Shown: positions 1-9,836, counted from the stretch's first letter. The stretch is 54,363 nt of DNA from Patescibacteria group bacterium (GCA_040384765.1 JAZKIQ010000001.1:1-54363); one strand, 5' to 3'. Numbers and translations are program-made. Notes: a model not told the origin generated them from the sequence alone.

Positions 1-6
1 TTACTG

Positions 7-531
7 ATGAAGAACCACACCTTTGCTATCTACGCACGGATTCAAGTCGATGATGCGCCCGAGTGGCTCACCTCCTTTATGCGGAAATATCAGAAGCAGG
101 AGCCACATGTCACTCTCAAGCAGACCTGTTTTATAGATGCGGATGATCTCTCGGACGCACTTGAAAAAACGAGAGATTTTTTCAAAAGCTATATACTAGC
201 GGGTCATTCGATTCCAATTATCTTTAATAAGGTGCGAACAGAGCCCGGCTGGTCTCTGGTCATGATCGATGCGGAGGAGAATCTTGAGCTTTCCAGACTC
301 CAGAGGTCACTTGTAGAGGCGCTTTCGCACTATCGAAAAAACTATGTCGAGCCAGAGCTTCCTCAGTATGAGGAAAACTTTGTACCACATCTTACGGTGG
401 CAGATGAGATAGAAGAAGGGGATCGTATGCGTGTTTCGGAGGACTTTCCTAAGGAGTGCGTGGTGAGGGCCGAAATTCGTGAAATAGTTTTTTCAGTAGA
501 CGGCACTCCTCACGAGGTGTTTTTGCTCTAG
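7..531 (+). CDS. 2H phosphoesterase / 2'-5' RNA ligase family protein
   Basis: Two HxT motifs (PHVTL, PHLTV) about 90 aa apart in a 174-aa ORF. Confidence 0.8.
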   Translation: MKNHTFAIYARIQVDDAPEWLTSFMRKYQKQEPHVTLKQTCFIDADDLSDALEKTRDFFKSYILAGHSIPIIFNKVRTEPGWSLVMIDAEENLELSRLQRSLVEALSHYRKNYVEPELPQYEENFVPHLTVADEIEEGDRMRVSEDFPKECVVRAEIREIVFSVDGTPHEVFLL

Positions 532-577
532 GATTTGTACGTGAGGAGCAGATTTTATGCCGTGCTAGAGTTAAAGA

Positions 578-1141
578 ATGAACATTATTCTTCCTATTGT
601 TACGAGCTTGGCAGTGCTGTGGTATATGCTCAAGCGATCGCGCGTTCCAACTGAAACAAATACCGACGGAAAAAAGGTACTGAAATTTAACGTAATTGCC
701 GAGGCCGTTGGCTGGGTGTGTCTGCTGTTTTCGGTCTTTGTTGTATTTATCGTTCCTTCTCTCACCCGACCAGTTTTTGAATGGGAAAGCTCCGACTGGG
801 TGTCTACAGGACTCGTATTGCTGTTTTTTATTTCAACGGGTGTAACTATTATTGTCTGCTGTAGAAAGTGGCGTCTTCTTTTTGACGATACAAGCATTGA
901 AATTGTACCCATCTTTGCGAAACGAAGAGTGATAGAGTGGAAAGATATTCAAGAGATGAAGTTTAATGAGGGCACTCAGAGTGTGACGCTAAGGACGGCA
1001 GATCAAAAAATCGATGTAACGATGTACCTCAACGGCTTTCAGGATTTTATTAACATGGTCAAGCAGAAAATAGATCCGTCTATTTCGGCAAGCGCACTAG
1101 AAAAGCTAGACAAGGTGTACAAGGCTTTTGGATTACAATAA
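578..1141 (+). CDS. Hypothetical membrane protein, 3 TM plus probable bacterial PH-like C-terminal domain
   Basis: Hydrophobic helices then beta-rich 'IEWKDIQEMKF' segment; TGcTAGAGT -10 box 6 nt before ATG. Confidence 0.6.
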   Translation: MNIILPIVTSLAVLWYMLKRSRVPTETNTDGKKVLKFNVIAEAVGWVCLLFSVFVVFIVPSLTRPVFEWESSDWVSTGLVLLFFISTGVTIIVCCRKWRLLFDDTSIEIVPIFAKRRVIEWKDIQEMKFNEGTQSVTLRTADQKIDVTMYLNGFQDFINMVKQKIDPSISASALEKLDKVYKAFGLQ

Positions 1142-1343
1142 GGAAAATCTGTTCGATCGCCCATTAGATTCCTGTTTTCGCTCTAGACTTCTTATTTATT
1201 TTATTTTCTAACTGTTAAAAGTGCATATTCGGTGGATATCGGGGGACTTATTTTGAGAAAAAATGGCTTAAATTCGTCGCAGGAATCTTTTACTCAATTT
1301 GTGCGCGAAACTTTACAGCTGAGAGAAGAGTATACTTGTGTAT

Positions 1344-1455
1344 AGGATCGCGTGAGTTAACCAACATTTCACTCAGGGAGCCTCACATCTTGCTCGGCCT
1401 CGGCCGGCATCGCGGGCACCCACCTATGAGGAGAGGTTACTCCTCGCGTGATCCT
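1344..1455 (+). ncRNA. Candidate structured ncRNA, 6S-like rod with internal bubble
   Basis: AGGATCGCGTGAG (1344-1356) pairs with CTCGCGTGATCCT (1443-1455) using G-U pairs; inner stems TAACC/GGTTA, CCTCA/TGAGG, TGCTCG/CGGGCA; TATACT at 1331-1336; terminator follows. Confidence 0.45.
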
Positions 1456-1460
1456 GGCCT

Positions 1461-1504
1461 AAAGCAACCGGCCCTACACCTTCTCGGTGCGGGCCGTTTG
1501 CTTT
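1461..1504 (+). terminator. Intrinsic terminator hairpin after the candidate ncRNA (may also serve the convergent GtrA gene)
   Basis: AAAGCAA-CGGCCC...GGGCCG-TTGCTTT inverted repeat. Confidence 0.6.
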
Positions 1505-1525
1505 AGGTGAGATTTTAGAATTGTA

Positions 1526-1948
1526 CTACGCAGACCCGCTCGCTTTTTTGAAAATACGGGAGAATACAAAGAAGGAGAGAAGTGCAAATACTACCGAGGC
1601 GATCACTTGGCCAGTGACATACCACAGATGGAGCCGCTCAACGGCGATGTACAGAATAAAGCCGTTGAGGAAGAGGCCCAAGAATGCGTTTGCACCATAG
1701 AGGACGGCCTGGAGAGTGAATGCGCCCATGCGGGTATCGGTATTTCCAAACGTCCAAAATTTCTGGAGCGTAAAGCTCACGACAAGTGATACGAGGTATG
1801 CTGCGGTCGATGCGTACAGATACCACACCCCGAGCAGCTCTTTGAGCAGAATAAGCGTACCAAAAAAGGCGACCGCAGCGAGAAAGCCTGAGACGAGGTA
1901 GCGGAGAATCTGATACTCCTTAAACCAGCTGGAGATATAAGCGATCAT
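1526..1948 (-). CDS. GtrA family protein
   Basis: 140 aa, 4 TM, 'RYLVSG' and 'SFTLQKFWTF' GtrA-type motifs. Confidence 0.85.
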   Translation of the reverse strand: MIAYISSWFKEYQILRYLVSGFLAAVAFFGTLILLKELLGVWYLYASTAAYLVSLVVSFTLQKFWTFGNTDTRMGAFTLQAVLYGANAFLGLFLNGFILYIAVERLHLWYVTGQVIASVVFALLSFFVFSRIFKKASGSA

Positions 1949-2013
1949 GAAAGCTTGGGCGAAGTAGTATCTATCTTAGCACGGCCCTCGCGCTCGTCGT
2001 GTACAATGGGGCG

Positions 2014-2670
2014 ATGAAGCGGCTCATAGATGGCTTTTTGGAAAAAACGGAGAGCGTAGTTTCCCTTTCCGGGAAGCGCGTGCTTGAGATTGGCTGCGGT
2101 GAAGGGGGGCGATCGGTCAAGATTGCGGAGCGATGCCTAGAGCTTGTCGCTATAGAGCCTGATCCAGCGCATATTCTCGTTGCCAAGGAGCACCACCTGC
2201 GGCCAAATATCTCATACGAGCTTGGGCGAGCGGAAAGCCTTCAGTTTGGGGACGAGGCGTTTGATATAGCTTTTTTTACGCTCTCTCTTCATCATGTTCC
2301 ACGCGAAGAGATGAAGCGAGCCCTCCAGGAGGCTGCGCGTGTCACAAAGAGGGGTGGCTTTGTGCTATGCCTCGAGCCAGCACAGGAAGGGTCTTTTTTT
2401 GAGGGTGAGCTTTTGTTTGGGGCAGGGGACGGAGACGAAAGAATCGCAAAGGCAAAGGCGTACCTTACGCTGCTCGAAGAGTCGAGTAGTCTCGGCCTCA
2501 TGGAGGTTGCTGAACTTTTTGATGAAACTATTTTTGCACTTGAGTCGACACAAGATTTTTCTCAAGTGATGCATCCAAAGAAAAATCTCGACCGTCTCGA
2601 ATCTTTCCTTGAAAAGGAGAAGTTTAAGCTCAATGCCTGGCGGCGGCTTAATATCTATAAAAAAAGGTAA
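2014..2670 (+). CDS. Class I SAM-dependent methyltransferase
   Basis: VLEIGCGEG motif I, FDIAFFTLSLHH; start moved to ATG 2014, 6 nt after TACAAT. Confidence 0.85.
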   Translation: MKRLIDGFLEKTESVVSLSGKRVLEIGCGEGGRSVKIAERCLELVAIEPDPAHILVAKEHHLRPNISYELGRAESLQFGDEAFDIAFFTLSLHHVPREEMKRALQEAARVTKRGGFVLCLEPAQEGSFFEGELLFGAGDGDERIAKAKAYLTLLEESSSLGLMEVAELFDETIFALESTQDFSQVMHPKKNLDRLESFLEKEKFKLNAWRRLNIYKKR

Positions 2671-2676
2671 AAGAAA

Positions 2677-2699
2677 AGGGCTGTCCATGGGACAGCCCT
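2677..2699 (-). terminator. Intrinsic terminator of the ABC transporter gene
   Basis: AGGGCTGTCC-ATG-GGACAGCCCT with T-run on the minus strand. Confidence 0.7.
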
Positions 2700-2718
2700 C
2701 GAATTGTGAGGAGCGCGT

Positions 2719-4557
2719 TTAGGAGTCGAGCTCCTCCTCGGCCTGTTTCTTGCGCCGATCGCGTTCAGCCTTCACTTCTGCCGCGTAGTTGGCGATCTCC
2801 TCTGGGCCGTTGTAGCTGGCTTTCTGGGTGCCATTATCGAGCAGGATCACTCGCTCGAATGCATGAAGGTGGACCTCGTCATGAAGGATCACGACGACAG
2901 TCTTTCCCTTCAGGGCAACGAGCGAGTTGAAGAACTTCTCCCGTGCCCATGGGTCCATCGCTGAGCTCGGCTCATCGAAGAACACCATACGAACGAGCGG
3001 GTTGAGTGCCCGGTAGCACACGGCTGCGAGCTCGATCCGCTGTGCTTGCCCGACCGAGAGCTCGTAGTGTTTTTTGCCGATGATCGTTTCGAGCTTCTTC
3101 GGAAGCTTGTCCACGATCTCATCGGCACTCGCCATGGCGAGCGCCCGCGCGAGGCGCTTCGGGTCATACTCGCTTGCGTCACTTTCACCAGTGAGCACCT
3201 CTCCGATCGGAAGGATCGGCGGAGTGCTGCTCTGGATCATGCTTGCAAGATTGGTATGGAGCGACCACTGAGTGATCTTCTCGGTCGGAGCTCCGCCGAT
3301 GAGGACCCTTCCGCTTGTGGGCAGATGAATCTTCGACAGGAGCCGAAGGAGCGTCGTCTTGCCAGAGCCATTTTCGCCGACGAGGGCAATCTTGGCACCG
3401 GCAGGGATCGAGAACGAGAGTCCACGGAGCACCTCTTCTGCAGCAGAGCTGTAGCGGAAGTGAACGTCCGAGACTTCGATATCGACCGCTTCCCATGCGG
3501 TGAAGTCGACCGCGTGAGACTCGTCGAGGTCAGGCTTTATTGCCCAGAGCTGTTCGAGATGCCTGTACTCGGTATAGGTCTCCTTTGCACTAAGCATTCT
3601 TCCCATGTATGTAGCGATGGATCCCAAAAACGACCAGAGGCTTCCTATGATTGCTGTCGCCTCCGGGAAGGAGATCTCTCCTTTATGAATCTGCCAGATG
3701 AGACCTCCCGCGATCGTCGAGACCGCAAGCATGAGTGAGAAGTGTCTCACAAACGCATCCGCCAGATCCTTGCGCGAAGCTCTCTCCTCGGCACTCGTAA
3801 CGACAGAGCGGTAATGATTGTACCTCTCTATCAGGTAGTCGAGGTGGCCGACGAAGCGTGCCTGGATGTTGTGGGTGATGTTGGTGATCGCATTCTTGTA
3901 GAGTTCTTGCCTGTCTGCCGCTTCCCAGCGAAGCGGCCCGGTCTCACGTTCCCTCACTTTTTCCCAGAGAAGTATCATCACTCTTGGCACGAGTCCGGCG
4001 AGCGAAAGGAGGATGAGCCAGGGGTCGATCCACCAGATGATGCCAAGCGAGCTTATGAAGCCTGCTGTTGCACCGATCAGCTCCGAGTGAAGCTCCACCA
4101 TTCGTTCAACCGGATTGTGGTATTGGTAGTGTTCGTGCTGTGTTGGCGCAACAGCACGCTCAAATTGTCGCGTACTCAGGCCGGCCATGTCGAGCTCGCG
4201 AAACTTGCCGATTACGCGTGCATCGAGCTCGTCGGTGAGCTTTCGTCTGAACGCCCACGAACGCTTACGCGCCAAGGATGTCACGATGCCATAGACAAGA
4301 ATTCCAGCTATATATGCAACCAGCACCAGCAGAAGCTGAGAAGGCGTAGGGTCGTCCCATGTCATGAAGAGTCCCCACACGAAGGCAAGGATGATCTTCC
4401 AGACTGCGGACCACACTTTGCCGTACGTCAGCTTTCGGAAGGCGTTTGGTTCCACGGAGTCGTACACGACCCGTGCTCGTGCCGTGTACTTGAGTACATT
4501 GCGCACGATGATCAGGTACCCCAGGAGAGTGCGGCGAACTTTGCTGTAAATGAACAC
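2719..4557 (-). CDS. ABC exporter, fused permease/ATP-binding protein
   Basis: TM N-half; Walker A GENGSGKTT, signature LSVGQ, Walker B VFFDEP, H-loop ILHD; own TTGACT-17-TATTAT promoter and GGGAG SD. Confidence 0.85.
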   Translation of the reverse strand: MFIYSKVRRTLLGYLIIVRNVLKYTARARVVYDSVEPNAFRKLTYGKVWSAVWKIILAFVWGLFMTWDDPTPSQLLLVLVAYIAGILVYGIVTSLARKRSWAFRRKLTDELDARVIGKFRELDMAGLSTRQFERAVAPTQHEHYQYHNPVERMVELHSELIGATAGFISSLGIIWWIDPWLILLSLAGLVPRVMILLWEKVRERETGPLRWEAADRQELYKNAITNITHNIQARFVGHLDYLIERYNHYRSVVTSAEERASRKDLADAFVRHFSLMLAVSTIAGGLIWQIHKGEISFPEATAIIGSLWSFLGSIATYMGRMLSAKETYTEYRHLEQLWAIKPDLDESHAVDFTAWEAVDIEVSDVHFRYSSAAEEVLRGLSFSIPAGAKIALVGENGSGKTTLLRLLSKIHLPTSGRVLIGGAPTEKITQWSLHTNLASMIQSSTPPILPIGEVLTGESDASEYDPKRLARALAMASADEIVDKLPKKLETIIGKKHYELSVGQAQRIELAAVCYRALNPLVRMVFFDEPSSAMDPWAREKFFNSLVALKGKTVVVILHDEVHLHAFERVILLDNGTQKASYNGPEEIANYAAEVKAERDRRKKQAEEELDS

Positions 4558-4670
4558 GGGAGACTCCCTTCAGTAGCGATTCAGTTGGAGTTTCGGGCCA
4601 TCTACAATAATAACATAAAAAAAGAGTAGAGTCAATCTCCCGTTTTAGAAAAACTTGGTACGATCAAACA

Positions 4671-5768
4671 ATGGATTTCGGAACTATTTTCCTTATTGTA
4701 GTCGTGGTTTTTGCTGCTGCCTTTGCTCTTGCGTATGCGCTGTTTGGGCGCAAGAAAGAGCCCGAGGTTGTGCGTGACACACAGTCCGACCAAGCTTTTT
4801 TGATGATTCAAAACCAGCTCGGAGAGATTTCGCGACAGATGGATGGCAAGCTTGCACATCTCGACTCCAAGATGGGGGAGTCGTCGCGTCAGATGTTTGA
4901 CTCGGTGCGATCGCAGTTTGGCGAGTCTGCAAAGATTATTCGCGATGTCACCGATCGCCTCGCAAAGCTCGACGAGACCAACCGCCAGGTGGTGGGGTTT
5001 GCCGATCAGCTGCAGTCGCTCCAAGATATTTTTAAAAATCCAAAGCAGCGTGGGGTGGTGGGCGAGTACTACCTGGAGACGTTGCTCAAAAACGTACTTC
5101 CTCCGGGAAGCTATCAGATGCAGTACCCCTTTTCCGATGGCACCATTGTGGACGCGGTAGTGTTTGTGAAGGATAGGGTGATCCCAATCGACTCAAAGTT
5201 TTCACTTGAAAACTACAACCGCATTGTCGAGGAGAAAAATGAAGGTGAGCGCGCACGCCTCGAAAAGCTGTTTGTGGCAGATCTCAAAAACCGCATTCTA
5301 GAGACTTCTAAATATATTCAGCCTTCACAAAATACGATGGAGTTTGCTTTCATGTTTATCCCTCACGAGGCGATCTACTACGATCTCTTGATCAACAAGA
5401 TTGGCGCCCTCAAGGATGAGGATACCGAAAACTTTATCCAGCGAGCAGCTTCGAAGTATAAGGTGATCATTGTATCGCCAACATCATTCTTGGCGTACCT
5501 CCAGACTGTCCTTCAGGGTCTTAAAGCGATGCAGATTGAGGAGACGGCAAAAGATATCATTAAGCGTGTCGAAGAGCTGGGGACGCATCTGCGGCGCTAT
5601 GAGGAGTATCATGGCAAGCTTGGCGCCTCACTTGGTACGGTGGTGAATCATTTCAACGCTTCGGGAAAAGAGCTTAAAAAGGTGGATAAGGATATTCTAA
5701 GAATCACGGGCTCGGCGCCGGGGCTCGAGACTATCCTCATTGAAAAACCGGAAGCGGTTGAGGTATAG
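4671..5768 (+). CDS. rmuC: DNA recombination protein RmuC
   Basis: N-terminal TM, coiled coil, NPKQRGVVGE, IDSKF, FAFMFIPHE, VSPTS motifs. Confidence 0.9.
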   Translation: MDFGTIFLIVVVVFAAAFALAYALFGRKKEPEVVRDTQSDQAFLMIQNQLGEISRQMDGKLAHLDSKMGESSRQMFDSVRSQFGESAKIIRDVTDRLAKLDETNRQVVGFADQLQSLQDIFKNPKQRGVVGEYYLETLLKNVLPPGSYQMQYPFSDGTIVDAVVFVKDRVIPIDSKFSLENYNRIVEEKNEGERARLEKLFVADLKNRILETSKYIQPSQNTMEFAFMFIPHEAIYYDLLINKIGALKDEDTENFIQRAASKYKVIIVSPTSFLAYLQTVLQGLKAMQIEETAKDIIKRVEELGTHLRRYEEYHGKLGASLGTVVNHFNASGKELKKVDKDILRITGSAPGLETILIEKPEAVEV

Positions 5769-5794
5769 ACAAGGCAGTACTATTATGGTATAAT
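5766..5794 (+). promoter_or_regulatory. Sigma70 promoter of the 5840 orphan; -35 overlaps the rmuC stop codon
   Basis: TAGACA-17 nt-TATAAT with extended TG. Confidence 0.65.
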
Positions 5795-5839
5795 AGTAGC
5801 TGTATTAACTTAGATGCCTGAGAAGGCAGGAGGTTCATT

Positions 5840-6370
5840 GTGCGCTATCTTTGGGTTCTGTTCTTCGCATTCGCCAGCGCTTCCTTCGCGGAAACGTCGG
5901 CTCGGTACTCCGTACACTTTCCACTGTCAGAGGGGTGGAAGCTCGGACACAAGCAGGAGGTCAGCGGGACGGGCACCGAACACGACGGTACCGCCCTTTA
6001 CGAATGGGTTCGGGGCGAAGAGACTGTGCACACCTGGACCGAGCTTTTTTCGGTGACGGTGCACCCCGACACCCGCGAGGTACCCTCGGACAAGTTCCTC
6101 GAAGCGAGTGTCGCGGTCATGAAGTCACACTTCGGAGCCGATGCGACGGTCGATAAGGTCGAGACAAAGGGCAAGACGGCCCTCCTCGGCTGGACCCTTG
6201 CCGGCTCGAAGGCGTACCCGGACCAGACCACCCTCATGTATGCGTTCCCGCTCGGCAAGGGGATGGTCACAGTGCAGTACGCCCGTAAGGGCCGTACTCT
6301 GACGGCGCCGGAGATCGCTGAGCGCAAGCTGTTCCTCGAGAACGTGAAGGTCGTTCCGGCGGCGAAGTAG
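5840..6370 (+). CDS. Hypothetical secreted protein
   Basis: Signal peptide (…ASASFA), AGGAGG SD, GTG start, terminator at 6400-6430. Confidence 0.7.
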   Translation: MRYLWVLFFAFASASFAETSARYSVHFPLSEGWKLGHKQEVSGTGTEHDGTALYEWVRGEETVHTWTELFSVTVHPDTREVPSDKFLEASVAVMKSHFGADATVDKVETKGKTALLGWTLAGSKAYPDQTTLMYAFPLGKGMVTVQYARKGRTLTAPEIAERKLFLENVKVVPAAK

Positions 6371-6399
6371 GGGAACATTCCGGCGGATACTGTTTTTTG

Positions 6400-6430
6400 G
6401 TCCCCTGTACCGGCAGGGGACTTTTTCTTT
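6400..6430 (+). terminator. Intrinsic terminator
   Basis: GTCCCCTGT-ACCG-GCAGGGGAC followed by T-run. Confidence 0.7.
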
Positions 6431-6471
6431 CAGTGTTGCCCTTTTAGAGGGAATTTGATATACATATATCT

Positions 6472-6783
6472 ATGAAATTTGCTGTAATCGCAACCGGGGG
6501 CAAGCAGTATGTTGTTGCTCCAGGAGATACTCTCAAAATAGAGAAACTCGAGAAAAACGCGGGGGACAAGGTCGTTTTTGACCAGGTTCTTCTTGCTGAC
6601 GATGGCTCAGCTACAAAGCTCGGAACGCCGACTGTTTCTGGTATGTCGGTGGAGGGGGAAGTGGTAAAGCAGGGCCGCCACGACAAAGTGATCTCAGTGC
6701 GCTACAAGGCAAAGGCTCGCCAGCAGACAAAGCACGGGCATCGTCAGCCATACTCTGAGGTAAAGATCACGAAGATCGCCTAA
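6472..6783 (+). CDS. rplU: 50S ribosomal protein L21
   Basis: FAVIATGGKQY, GHRQPYS motifs. Confidence 0.97.
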   Translation: MKFAVIATGGKQYVVAPGDTLKIEKLEKNAGDKVVFDQVLLADDGSATKLGTPTVSGMSVEGEVVKQGRHDKVISVRYKAKARQQTKHGHRQPYSEVKITKIA

Positions 6784-6797
6784 GAGCAGTGGTTTCC

Positions 6798-6836
6798 AAA
6801 ACCCCCTTACAACTCTGTGTAAGGGGGTTTTGTTTT
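6798..6836 (+). terminator. Intrinsic terminator of rplU
   Basis: AAAACCCCCTTACA...TGTAAGGGGGTTTT plus T-run. Confidence 0.75.
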
Positions 6837-6879
6837 AAACGTTATCTAATGCAGAGATCTGGTTGAGAGGAGGAGCGAG

Positions 6880-7056
6880 ATGTTCAATGCCGAGTCTGAC
6901 CGAACGACTGAGTTGGATGAAAAGAGACCCGAGTGCGAAAGGTGCCAGGACAGTGGGTTTTTCCCTGCTGGAAACGGCAATGCAGAAACGCCGTGTCACT
7001 GTCCTTTGGGTCCACGTGCGCTCCAGAGTCTTGGAGTGAAGTTGTCACTCAAATAA
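6880..7056 (+). CDS. Small 58-aa Cys-rich protein (CxxC...CxC), below the ORF-track cutoff
   Basis: GAGGAGG SD; translation MFNAESDRTTELDEKRPECERCQDSGFFPAGNGNAETPCHCPLGPRALQSLGVKLSLK; terminator-like hairpin 7079-7113. Confidence 0.6.
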   Translation: MFNAESDRTTELDEKRPECERCQDSGFFPAGNGNAETPCHCPLGPRALQSLGVKLSLK

Positions 7057-7127
7057 GAGCCCATTTTGATGAGTGCTCAAAAGGCCTACTTTCTTGGTAG
7101 GTCCTTTTCTTTTGCTATAGTACGCAT

Positions 7128-7673
7128 ATGAAAAAAGTAGTACTTAATTTTGAGATAGATAGGCCGTTTGGCAACTTGTTGCGTCCTCGTCATGCGCTTA
7201 TCGCGTGTCGTGACAGTGATGGATTTTTTATTCTAGGGAAAAAGGATTCATATCCAGGATTTTCTCGTTTTGCGGGTGGCGGGGTAGACGAGGGGGAGGA
7301 GCCGAGACACGCCGCGGCAAGAGAGCTCGAGGAGGAGCTTGGAGTCTGTTTACCCGAGAGTGATTTCGTAGAGCTTTTTGAAATCGAGGCGCATGCCAAG
7401 GGCTTAGAAGATGAGTACCGTACGCAGATTTTTGTCTATTTTGTCGAGCTTCAAACAAATGAAGTGGTTCCGCAGGATGATCTCGATGGGATCGAGCGTC
7501 TGCGTCTGGCGCAGTTTCCCGATCTCGTAAAAAAGTACGAATCCTTTAGTCCAGACTTTCGCTCGAGCGGTGGTAACAAAGGCGACGACGGTTTCCGCTG
7601 GCTCGACTACGGCAAGCTATACGGGCCCGTGCATCGCATCGCGCACGATGAGATCGTGGAGCGGCACCTCTAG
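7128..7673 (+). CDS. NUDIX hydrolase
   Basis: Nudix box GGGVDEGEEPRHAAARELEEELG. Confidence 0.9.
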   Translation: MKKVVLNFEIDRPFGNLLRPRHALIACRDSDGFFILGKKDSYPGFSRFAGGGVDEGEEPRHAAARELEEELGVCLPESDFVELFEIEAHAKGLEDEYRTQIFVYFVELQTNEVVPQDDLDGIERLRLAQFPDLVKKYESFSPDFRSSGGNKGDDGFRWLDYGKLYGPVHRIAHDEIVERHL

Positions 7674-8287
7674 TGCCTATTGTTGAGTGCGTTTTTGAGA
7701 GTATCCGAGTCTGAGTACTCAAGCTCGGTGCCGGTAGAGAGGCCGCGGCCAAGGAGCGAGATCTTTACGCCAGAGGCTTCGGCAAGCCTACCTATACGGT
7801 CGCGGCGGATAAAGTCGGCGGTATAGTCGCCCTCGGCATTGGCAGAGAGTGCGAAGATGATCTCTTTAAGAGCGCCTGCTTTTGTTTCGCGTTCTATTCT
7901 TTCGTACAGCTCGTTCAGGCGCACCATCTTTTCTGGCTCCTGTTCGAGGATCGGCACAAGGCCGCCAAGTACAAAATAGTACCCTTCGTAGGCGTGCGAT
8001 TTTTCCATAGCATCGAGGTCGGAGTCGCTCGCGACGATCATGAGGAGAGAGTGGTCGCGATCGGGGCGTGCGCACGACTGACAGAGGGACGCTGACCCTT
8101 TTATAAAAAAACGATAGCAGAGCTCGCATATGCGCACCTCTTTTCGGAGGTTTACGATGAGGTAGCTGAGGTAGTCGATCTTTGTTCGGTCCTGGATTAA
8201 GAGATAGTACACAAAACGCCGCGCCTGCCTTGGCCCGATCCCAGGAAATTGAGCGAAAAGTTCCGTGAGTTTGTTTATGGTGTCCAT
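7670..8287 (-). CDS. recR: Recombination mediator RecR
   Basis: HhH FPGIGPRQA, C4 zinc finger, Toprim YFVLGG/EIIFA, ELEYSD. Confidence 0.95.
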   Translation of the reverse strand: MDTINKLTELFAQFPGIGPRQARRFVYYLLIQDRTKIDYLSYLIVNLRKEVRICELCYRFFIKGSASLCQSCARPDRDHSLLMIVASDSDLDAMEKSHAYEGYYFVLGGLVPILEQEPEKMVRLNELYERIERETKAGALKEIIFALSANAEGDYTADFIRRDRIGRLAEASGVKISLLGRGLSTGTELEYSDSDTLKNALNNRH

Positions 8288-8296
8288 GGCCTAATC

Positions 8297-8368
8297 AGTT
8301 TGTAGTTTATAGTGGGTAGTTTGTAGTAAGTTTCAGAATTCTGAACTATAAACTATCAACTATAAACT
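8297..8368. repeat. Inverted heptamer array (AGTTTAT)n...(ATAAACT)n
   Basis: 7-nt periodic arms around the palindrome TTCAGAATTCTGAA between dnaB and recR. Confidence 0.8.
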
Positions 8369-8374
8369 TGAGCC

Positions 8375-9757
8375 CTAAAATCCGCCAAAATCATTCTTTT
8401 CAATAGACGCAAAGCTGGTGCGCTTGTCGTCAAAGAAGAGGTCCACCTCGCCGGTAGGGCCATTGCGGTGCTTGGCGATGATTATTTTTGCGATGTTTGG
8501 ACGCGTCGACTCTTTGTCGTACTTGTCCTCGCGGTGAATGAACATTACTACATCGGCGTCCTGCTCAATCGAACCTGAGTCGCGGAGGTCGGAAAGGCGA
8601 GGCTCGCCTCCACGCTGTTCTACGGCACGGGAGAGCTGTGAAAGGGCGATGACGGGCACGTCGAGCTCGCGCGCCATGCCCTTGAGGCCGCGCGAGATCT
8701 CGGTAACCTGCTGTACCATCGAGTCGAAGTTGCGGCCTGGCACGATGAGCTGGAGGTAGTCCACTACGATGAGGCCGAGGCCATGCTCAGCCTTCATGCG
8801 CCGTGCTACCGATCGCATGCGCATGAGGGTGTTGGAAGAGTCGTCGTCTATATAGAGAGGCGCCTGAGAAAGGGTGTTGAGGGCTTCCTGGATCATCGAG
8901 AACTCAAGATCTGTCGAAAGCTTGCCGGTACGAAGCTTCCAAGAGTCGACGCGCGACTCCGCAGAGAGCATACGATCGACAAGCTGGTGTGAACTCATTT
9001 CGAGAGAGAAAACTCCAACCGGCACTTTTCCATGCACTGCAGCGTTTCGTGCAAAGTCGAGCGCAAGAGACGTCTTACCCACCGAAGGGCGGGCGGCAAG
9101 AATGATAAGGTCTGAGTTTTGAAACCCGGAAAGCTTGTTGTCGATATCAGGAAAGCCGCTTTTCACTCCGCGCGTTGCGTCGCTCGACTTGTGCAGTCGA
9201 TCGAGCCGCTCCCACGCCTCGGTGAGGGTTTCTTTGAGATGGATAAACTTTTGCTTGCCGGAGAAGTTGGTTACTTCGAAGATCGCCTTCTCAGCTTTTT
9301 CAAGACTTGATTCTAGATCTTCGCCCTCTTGGTAGCCGAGGTCCGCAAGGTACTCTGCACGAGCGATGAGCGCACGAAGAATGCTCTTTTTTTGAACGAT
9401 TGTTGCATAGTATTCTGCGTGCGAAGCGGCGGGTACCGAGCCAGTGATTTCAGCGAGATACGAGGAGCCGCCGATCTGCTCGAGAAGATCTCGCTCTTTT
9501 AATTTTGAAGAGACAGAGAGGAGGTCGATTGGCTCGCTCTTTCCAAAAAGCTCAAGCATCGCCTTCCAGATAATGGCGTGCTTGCCCACATAAAAGGTCT
9601 CTGGACGGATCATGTCGATCACGTCGTAGAGAGCGTTTGGGGATGTCATGATCGAGCCAATGAGCGCCTTTTCCGCCTCGATGTCTTGAGGCGGAATGCG
9701 TATTGAGCTGACTCGAAATGCACCGCGATTTTCGCGGGTATCAGTACTCGTTTCCAT
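8375..9757 (-). CDS. dnaB: Replicative DNA helicase
   Basis: AARPSVGKT, SLEMS, VDYLQL, LSQLSR, DLRDSGSIEQDAD, KHRNG. Confidence 0.98.
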   Translation of the reverse strand: METSTDTRENRGAFRVSSIRIPPQDIEAEKALIGSIMTSPNALYDVIDMIRPETFYVGKHAIIWKAMLELFGKSEPIDLLSVSSKLKERDLLEQIGGSSYLAEITGSVPAASHAEYYATIVQKKSILRALIARAEYLADLGYQEGEDLESSLEKAEKAIFEVTNFSGKQKFIHLKETLTEAWERLDRLHKSSDATRGVKSGFPDIDNKLSGFQNSDLIILAARPSVGKTSLALDFARNAAVHGKVPVGVFSLEMSSHQLVDRMLSAESRVDSWKLRTGKLSTDLEFSMIQEALNTLSQAPLYIDDDSSNTLMRMRSVARRMKAEHGLGLIVVDYLQLIVPGRNFDSMVQQVTEISRGLKGMARELDVPVIALSQLSRAVEQRGGEPRLSDLRDSGSIEQDADVVMFIHREDKYDKESTRPNIAKIIIAKHRNGPTGEVDLFFDDKRTSFASIEKNDFGGF

Positions 9758-9836
9758 TGCGGTACTTTAGCATGCTCACTCCTACCGAAAAAGATCTATT
9801 CGGGAATAAAGCGGTGCACAAGCTGTGCATAGTGGT

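Noticed and set aside
3046-4629. Long plus-strand ORFs (230 and 295 aa)
   Set aside because: Antisense shadows of the GC3-rich ABC transporter gene; no recognisable motifs.
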